From: Hydrurus foetidus
Taxonomy: Eukaryota
Assembly (NCBI GenBank): GCA_900617105.1
Contig: UYFQ01000852.1
Coordinates: 62,001 to 126,000 of the forward strand
DNA: 64,000 nt
Direction of reading: 5' to 3'
Shown: piece by piece, positions 56,758 through 64,000 of the stretch
How the letters are laid out: every line of letters starts with the position of its first letter
Position numbering within the stretch: position 1 is the stretch's first letter
Notes under the pieces: model-generated
What the model saw: only the letters and a program-made list of their open reading frames with translations
What the model was told of the DNA's origin: nothing
Databases searched by the model: none
Position numbers and translations under genes: made by a program

Positions 56758-58967
56758 TCAACGCTTCAACAGCTGGAGATCGCCTGCAGGCTGCGCCGGC
56801 GTTCCATCGGGTGTCGCCGCTTCTTCTGTCTCAGGCTCTGAGTAGCGCCAGAGCGACCGAAGGATCGGCGCTTTCTTCGAACAGCGACACCGTCCAGCCC
56901 GCCGCTTCCGCCAGTTCCGTGACCGAGGCGCGGGTGTATTTGCGCGAGCTCGGTGTGGATGGTCTCGCCCCTGGAGAAGGCGATCACCGTGTCGCCGATG
57001 GCCACATGTTGGTCGCGGATCGAACGCAGGTGCATCTCCATGCGCGATTCCGCCGGATTCCACAGCGCCAGATGCTCGAAGGCGTCGAGGTCGAAGTCGG
57101 CCCAGCTCGGCATTGGCCCGAACGAGCAGGTTCCTGTTGAAAGCCGCGGTCACGCCCTGGGCGTCGTCATAGGCGGCGACCAGCAGTTCGGGCGCTTGAC
57201 CAGATCGACGCCGAGAATGAACAGCGAGCCATCGTCCAGCCGGGCGCGCGACCTTGAGGAACTCGACCGCGGCGTCGCGATCCAGATTGCCGATGGTCGA
57301 GCCGGGGAAGAAGCCGATGCGACGACCCCGGCCCAGTTCCGGCAGCGCCGGCAGGTTCAGGAAATCGCCGACGACCGGCACGACCTCAATGGAGGGATAG
57401 GTCGGAATCCGCTCCGCCGCCTCGTTCAGGGCGTCTGAGCTGATGTCGATGGGGATATAGGTCGAAGGGCCGGGGCCGCGTCCAGCAGGATGCGGGTCTT
57501 TTCGCTGGCCCCCGAACCGAACTCGACCAGAACGGCGTTGTCGCCGAAATCCTGCGTCAGGCGCGGGCCAGCGCCTTGAGCAACGAGGCCTCCTGCCGCG
57601 TCGGATAGTATTCCGGCAGGCGGGTGATGTCTCGAAAAGGCGCGAGCCCTCGGCGTCGTAGAACCATTTCGGCGAGACCGCCTTCTGGGGTTTCGACAGG
57701 CCGGCGATGAGCTCCGCGCGGAACTCCGCTGTCTCGTCATTTTCGTCAGCCCTTGATGGGTCGGCGACAATGTCTTCGGCAAGCCTGAGGCCCATGAACG
57801 CCCACCTTGATGCGGATAAAAGAACAGTGATAGGTCGCGCGGGCGTGGCCCGGCGGCGTGGCGAAGCATGACCCGCGCAGGATCATCTGATTGGCCATGA
57901 ACTTGCCGTTGTACTCGGACGCCGTGCCGTCGGTCGGGCGGAACCCGGGATAGGGAGCGTAGGCGCTGGCGGTGTGTTGCCAGACCTCGCCGAACAGGTT
58001 GGAGAACGGCGCGGCGTCGGTGACGGCGGCGTGTTCCCACTCGGCCTCGGTCGGCAGACGCTTGCCGGCCCAGCGCGCGTAGGCGTCGGCCCGTAGAAAC
58101 TAATGTGACGAACAGGGCCGATGGATCGACCGGCGCAGCGCCGGCAAGACCGAAGACGGACCAGCCGGCTTCCGCCGCATGCCAGTACAGCGGTGCAATC
58201 CACTGCTCGGCCTTCACCGTGGCCCAGCCATCGGCGAGCCAGAGCTCGGGACGGGAATAACCGTCGTCCTCGATGAAGCGGATCCAGTCGGCGTTGGTGA
58301 CGAGGTCATTGGCGAGGGTGTATGGGCGCAGCAAGGTCTGGTGCGCCGGGCCCTCGTTGTCGAAGGCGAAGCCCTCGCCATCATGGCCGATGGTGATCAG
58401 ACCGCCGTTGAGACGGGTCACGCCGCCGACGGAGGGCTGGACCGGCCTCGCGAGGCTCGATGTCATAGGCGGCGGGATCGAGCGGCGACCGCGACATCAG
58501 ATAGAGCAGATCCATCAGGAACAGTTCCTGATGCTGCTGGTCGTGATGCAGGCCGAGGACGAACAGGTAGCGGTCCGCGCCCGAGGTCAGGCCACGTGAC
58601 AGGCGGTCGATCATGCGGCGGTCGATCTCGCGGCGGTAGGCGAGGACATCGTCGAGGTTGGGGCGGGTCATCAGGCCGCGCTCGTGCCGGTTCACCCGAT
58701 GGCCGAGCGCTTCGTAGTAGGAGTTGAACAGCTGCTGGAAGCGCGGATCTACGGGCTGATATCCCGGCTCGTTGGACAGGATCATCGCCTCGAAGAACCA
58801 GCTCGTATGCGCCAGATGCCACTTGCCCGGGCTGGCGTCGGCCATCGGCTGGGCGGCGAGGTCCTCGGCCGAGAGACCCGCGGCCAGTTCGGTCATGCGA
58901 TCGCGGACGGCGCGGTAAGCCGCAACGTCGTTCGACCAGGGCGACTGAAACTGCGGAGCTCGCTCAT
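56758..58967 (-). CDS. egtBD: Fused ergothioneine biosynthesis protein EgtB (sulfoxide synthase)-EgtD (histidine trimethyltransferase)
   Basis: Egt[52 protein letters not shown]. Reads in frame through MGLRLAED into Egt[46 protein letters not shown]. Confidence 0.88.
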
Positions 58968-59053
58968 GATCGCGACGGGCTTTCGGCAACCGTCCGCCAA
59001 TCAGCAAAGGCCGCCTGGCCGTCCTGTCGCGCGATTGCGTGGCGGCTCTCAAC

Positions 59054-59522
59054 TCAGGCCCTGGCCAGGGCGCTGGCCGCCTTCCCGTCATACTGGCCGC
59101 CGAAGCTGGTCTTCAGGTGCGCCATGATCGTCCCGACGTTGGCCCCGGGTTCCTGGCGGAAGTCGTTGATGGCCTCGCGCAGTTCCGATTCCGTCATCTG
59201 CTTCGGGCCATAGGCGGACAGGATCGCGAGTTCGGTTTCAGCCGCCCCGACCCGCTCGTCCACCTTCGACACATCGCCACCAGCCTGATCAGACGCGCGC
59301 GCTCGGTCGCGAGGTTCTCCAGCGTCAGCTTCGTGTTCTTCGAGAACTTCGCGACGGTTGCGACAACCTTCTCGTCGGTGACCTCCGTCACGCCGCGCTT
59401 GAATTCCTCGGTCGTGATCTGGGTCGCCTCGCCGATCAATGTGGTCAGCACATCAGCCTTAAGGCGGTCGCCCAGCTGCGCGCCGCCAGTTGGTCCGCTT
59501 TGATTTCGTCGAGTAAATCCAT
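59054..59522 (-). CDS. GatB/YqeY domain protein
   Basis: MDLLDEIKADQLAAR, LTTLIGEA, ELAILSAYGPKQM, IMAHLK..GQYDGKAAS. Confidence 0.8.
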
Positions 59523-59765
59523 ATCCATATCCCTTCAGTTCATCTGTTCGATCCTGCCCGCCAGGCTTGAATATGGGCGGAGACGGTCAGGCTCGGAAGA
59601 AGCGTCGCCTTCCAGCGGAGACGCGTCCTGATTTGGTCTGCCCGCACGCCGCTGGCCATCGGGTGGACGACGACGCTGCTCGGCCGTCGCAGACCTCCGG
59701 ACCGGCATGGACCTCCGGCGCAGAACCGCGGATGCGTTCGCCGTATCGATCATCGCGGTCCACGC

Positions 59766-60730
59766 TCACTGCGGCATCTCGACGTGGCCGCCGAACCCGA
59801 GGCGCATGGCCGACAGCAGCCTGTCGCCGTAGGTGTTCTCGCTGCGCGAGCGATAGCGGGCATATAGCGCGGCAGAGAGAACATTGGCGGGCACGGCCTC
59901 TTCCATCGCCGCCTCAATGGTCCAGCGGCCCTCGCCGCTGTCGGCCACCTGCCGGTGAAATGCTCCAGCGACTTGTCCCTGGCCAGGGCCGAGGCGCTGA
60001 GGTCCAGGAGCCAGGAACTGATCACGCTGCCGCGCCGCCAGACCTCGGCGATGTCGGGCAGGTCGAGGGTGAAGCGTTCGTCCTCAGGCAGGCGTTCGGA
60101 CATCTTGTTCTTCAGGATGTCGAAGCCTCGGCATAGGCCTGCATGAGGCCGTACTCGATGCCGTTGTGGACCATCTTGACGAAATGACCGGCTCCGGCGG
60201 ACCGGCGTGGATATAGCCCTCTCGGCCCGGTCATCGGGGCGTCGCGACCCGTGGTGCGGACGATGTCGCCATAACCGGGGCCAGGGTCTCGAAGATCGGG
60301 TCGAGAGCTCTGACCACCTCGGCGTCTCCCCGATCATCATGCAGTAGCCGCGCTGCAGTCCCCAGACACCGCCGGAGACGCCGATGTCGACGTAGTCGAG
60401 CCCCTGTCGCGCAGCGCCTTCGCACGACGGATGTCGTCCTTGTAGTAGCTGTTGCCGCCGTCGATGAGGATGTCGCCGGGTCTGGCGATGCCCGCGATCT
60501 CGTCGATCGTCTCTTCGGTGAGGGCGCCGGCCGGCGCATGACCCAGTAGATCGCCTTCTCCCCGAGCCTGGACCGCATGTCCCTGAAGTCAATCGAGGCG
60601 ATGGCTTCCCTGCGAGTTCCTGGACGGGTTCCGGCGAGCGGTTATGCACCACCACCTCATGGCCGCCGCGGATCAGGCGGCGGGCGATGTTGACGCCCAT
60701 GCGGCCGAGGCCGATCACACCGATCTTCAT
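59766..60730 (-). CDS. gnd: 6-phosphogluconate dehydrogenase, decarboxylating (short type)
   Basis: [59 protein letters not shown]. Confidence 0.92.
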
Positions 60731-60776
60731 GAGGGGAATCCTTCAGGCTGTTGTGGGCGATTGATGAGATGACAGG

Positions 60777-62439
60777 TCAGGCGAAAGCGCCTGAAAGATG
60801 GCGTGGCGGCGGTCTTCGACCGCGGCACGGCATCGTCGGCGTCACGCGCGAACATGATCCCAGACCTTGGAGATCACGACCGAGCCCTCGCCCACTGAAG
60901 ATGCGACCCGCTTTACGGAGCTGGCGCGGACATCCCCACCGCGAAGACCCCGGGTTCCGAGGTTTCATAGGGCGAGCAACCCCTACCTGTTCCCCGGTCA
61001 GGACAAAGCCGCGGGGTCGAGGTCGACAAGCCCCGAGAGCCAGGCGGTATTGGGAGCCGCGCCGACCATCACGAAAACCGCGCAGGACTCGATCATGCGG
61101 GTCGAGCCGTCATGCACGTCGCGGATCGTGACCGACTCGAGCTTGTCCGAGCCGTGAAGGACGCTGACTTCAGTCCCGTATTCTATCGTGATCGCCGGAT
61201 CTGCATTCAGCCGGCTGGACAGGTAACTGGACATCGACGACGCGAGCGAGTTCCCGCGAACCAGGACGCGGACATGTTTGGCGGTTCGGCTGAGAAACAT
61301 CGCAGCCTGGCCGGAGTTGCCGCCGCCGATGATGATGGCCTCGGTGTCCCGGCAATACCGCGCCTCGCTCGGTCGCCGCGTAATAGACGCCCGCGCCTTC
61401 GAACGCTTCGAGCCGATCGATCGGGGAGCCGGCGATACTGGACGCCGGTCGCCACCACGACGGCCCGTCCCCGGACCCGCTGTTCGTTGTCGAAGGTGGC
61501 GCAGAACGTCTGGTCTTCCAGACGTTCCAGTTTCACCACCCGCCGCGGCATTGCGAAACGCGTGCCGAACTTCATCGCCTGGACCTCGCCGCGCCACACC
61601 AGATCGGCGCCGGAGATTCCGGTCGGAAGCCCATGTAGTTTTCGATCCGGCTCGACGCGCCCGCCTGCCCTCCACCGCGACATCCTCGATCACCAGGGCG
61701 CGAAGCCCTTCGGCTCCGGCGTAGACGCCTGCCGACACGCCGGCGGGGCCCCGCCGACGATCAGGACGTCGAAGGCCTCATCGTCGACGAGATCGTGGTT
61801 GAGGCCGAGCAGGCGGGCGACCTTGTCGGGCGTCGGGTCGGCGACGACCACATCGCGGCCGAAGATCACCGCCGGCTCGTCCGGTGAGACCGAACAGCTC
61901 GTGGCGACAGCCGCCGCCTCCGGACCCGAGCGCGTAGGACATGTACGGCAGACGGTTGCGGCTGGCGAAGTCCGCGATCCGGCGGACCGCCCGGTCCTCG
62001 TCCTCGCCGATCAGAACAAGCGTGCCGTAACGTCTGTCGACCTGCTGGCCGTCGCGCCGCGAGCACGGTGATGACGATGTCGGACATCTCCGGGATCTCG
62101 GACATCAATCGCAGCATGTCGATCCGCGGCACTTCGATCACGGTCGTGTCGGTCACGGCTCGCATCGGCATCAGCCAGCTGCCGCCGTTCAGGAACGAGA
62201 TCTCCGCCATGAACTGGGTTGGCCCGAGCGTGGATGCGATATGGTCGTCCGTGAAGGGGTTCACGACCTCGATCTCGCCTTCCTGGACGTAGACGAAGCG
62301 GTTGGCCGGTTCCCCGGCACGGGCGACGAACGCGCCTGAGGATAGCGGCGGACCGTGCCGACCGCCTGCAACGCCGCGACGTGCGTCACCGAAAGGGGAC
62401 GCGTTGCATCTCGCGCAAATCGCGCCCGATGGATTCCAT
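60777..62439 (-). CDS. Cyclic-nucleotide-binding-domain thioredoxin-reductase-like flavoprotein
   Basis: N-terminal FVYVQEGEIEV..LGPTQFMAEISFL; DVLIVGG.PAG, SSRIENYMG, ATGVQYR, IIGGGNS.GQAA, VFVMVGAAPNT, GDVR. Confidence 0.85.
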
Positions 62440-62593
62440 GCGTCGTGCCCTTCTTGCCGCCTGAGCGACAGTCGGCCAGGCGGCCTGACTTCGCAAGACC
62501 AAGCTTGGCGGGGTTCCTGATTATATTACGCGGTTCACGTATGGCGGCAGACGTTGCTGAATCCGCGTAATGCAATAGGTGATCTCAACTTGG

Positions 62594-62630
62594 GTATGGA
62601 AGCTATGTCTCGACGCTATTGCTTCGACAA
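62594..62630 (+). promoter_or_regulatory. LysR/OxyR-like box (copy 6), about 155 nt upstream of the TrxB-like gene and inverted relative to it
   Basis: GTAT-GGAAGCT-ATGT-CTCGACG-CTAT-TGCTTCG, close to copy 2. Confidence 0.55.
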
Positions 62631-63050
62631 CTCCCGCCCGCCGCTCCTGCACCACGAAAGCCATTCCGACCGAGCGCGGCGCCGTCAGGGCGAAGCCGAA
62701 CTGGGCGTAGAGCCGGTGCGCTTCGCCGTCGGCCATCAGGCTGACATGGCCCTCCGCGCCGTGGCGCGCAGGTGATCGACCAGCGCCCCACGATGGCCTT
62801 GCCCAGTCCACGCCCTGATGCTCGGGAAGGACGGCGATATCGACCACCTGAAAGAAGAGGCCGCCATCGCCGACCACCCGGCCCATCCCCACAGCTTCGC
62901 CGTCCTTGCGGATGACGACGGCGAAGACGGTGTTGGCAGGCCGGCGGCTGCGCCTTCAGCCGTCTTGGGTGTGAGGCCCGCCCTTATGCGAAGTCCGAGA
63001 TAGTCTTCCTTCGCAGGGGTTCCGACGTGAAGCGTGTAGTCGTTGGTCAA
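62616..63050 (-). CDS. GNAT-family N-acetyltransferase
   Basis: GMGRVVGDGGLFFQVVDIAVLPEHQG, VSLMADGEAHRLYAQFGF. Confidence 0.88.
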
Positions 63051-63078
63051 AGGTCCCTGCGATCTGAAGGCGTTGCAC

Positions 63079-63696
63079 TCAGGCGGCCGCGCGATCGATC
63101 TCTGGATCGAAGCGCTGGAGGAAGTCCTCGCGCGTCACCTCGCCCAGGTCCACCATCTTGCGCCGCCGGCCGCGATGACGGTGACGTCGGTGATGCCGAT
63201 CACGTTCAGGATGAGCCGCAGATACTGGGTCGCGAGGTCGCGATCCCGGATCGGCGAGCCTTCGGTATAGATGCCGCCGGAGGCCATCAGAACGGTCGCC
63301 GTCTTGCCGGACAATAGACCTTTGCCGTCGAAGCCGAGCGTCAGCCCTTGCGCACGATATGGTCGATCCAGGCCTTCAGCGCGGCCGGCACATTGTAGTT
63401 ATAGACCGGGGTGGCGATGACGAAGTGGTCGGCGGCGAGCAGTTCGGCCACCAGTTCGTCGGACAGCCGCATCGCCTCCTTCATCTCGGGCGAATGCTGC
63501 TCGGACGGCGTGAAATAGGCCTGGAGCCACGGCGCGTTCACGAACGCCAGGTCGGTCTCCATCAGGTCGCGGATGACGATCTCTCCGTCAGGGTGGGCCG
63601 TCCGCCACCTCGCGACGAAGCGACGCGTGAGATTGCGCGAGATCGAATGATCCCCGCGCGGGCTGGTCTCGACGACGAGCAGTCTGATCTGGTCAT
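63079..63696 (-). CDS. azoR: FMN-dependent NADH-azoreductase/quinone reductase
   Basis: [55 protein letters not shown]. Confidence 0.9.
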
Positions 63697-63703
63697 GGGG
63701 ATT

Positions 63704-64000
63704 TCAGGACGCGGCCGGAAGACGACCTCGCCGGGCTCGCCCGGCGCAGAGCCGGCGGCGACCATCAGCGGCAACAGATGATCTTCGTGCGGCTGCGCCG
63801 CGCGGGCTTCAGCGCCTGTTCCCAGGCGACGAGGGCCTCGTCGCGCCGGGACGGATCGACCATCGCCTCGCGCAGCCAGGCGTCGAACGCCTCCGCCGCC
63901 GGATCAGGCGCTGACCGTCGCCGAAGCCGCGCATGTTGTGATAGGTCTGGCCGCTTCCGATGATCAGCACGCCGTCGTTGCGCAACGAGGTCAGCGCCCG
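63704..64000 (-). CDS. DODA/YgiD-type extradiol dioxygenase (3' part; continues beyond the window)
   Basis: LRNDGVLIIGSGQTYHNMR, AFDAWL, WEQA, PHEDHLLPLMVAAG. Confidence 0.82.

Noticed and set aside
1..64000. Calling the frameshifted genes pseudogenes
   Set aside because: Uniform indel density across all gene classes with intact motifs fits sequencing error better
1..64000. IS elements, integrase, tRNA/att sites, rRNA
   Set aside because: No transposase or recombinase motifs, tRNA-like cloverleaf or terminal repeats recognised; the element boundaries are probably outside the window

Overview
High-GC alphaproteobacterial DNA, most like Caulobacteraceae (inferred from gcrA, an HWE kinase, an alpha-type LexA box and an EgtB-EgtD fusion). 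Almost every gene has 1-2 nt frameshifts, probably uncorrected long-read errors, so gene calls are stitched across frames and their ends are approximate. The window has three parts. (1) 1-8.8 kb is a conjugative-element backbone: strawberry-notch helicase, two tandem ssb genes, gcrA, dinB with an SOS-like box, a DUF2493-like gene and a VirD2/MOBP-type relaxase. (2) 8.9-18.2 kb is a defence cassette: a possible HEPN-like gene, a Mokosh type I-like pair (degenerate kinase-SF1 helicase plus a two-HKD PLD), and a divergent AbiEi + nucleotidyltransferase + GIY-YIG operon with palindromic operators. (3) 18.3-64 kb is a roughly 45 kb thiol/methionine-oxidation defence region: three msrA, msrB, GST, Grx, a Trx-fold protein, OsmC, AhpD-like, Dps, RidA, Anbu, a sulfite-oxidase-family Mo enzyme with reductase, moa/moe/mod genes, egtBD, cysS, gnd, cNMP-TrxB and AzoR. 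Two repeated operator families can be read directly across part 3. One is a 7-5-7 palindrome TATATGC-N5-GCATATA (5 copies, at the two Cys-tailed MarR genes, the LysR/osmC promoter and ahpD). The other is an OxyR-like (C/G)TAT-N7-AT(A/G)N-N7-(G/C)TAT-TG box (6 copies). Together they suggest a self-contained MarR -> LysR redox-stress cascade on a mobile element. No rRNA, tRNA, CRISPR array, transposase or integrase was recognised.
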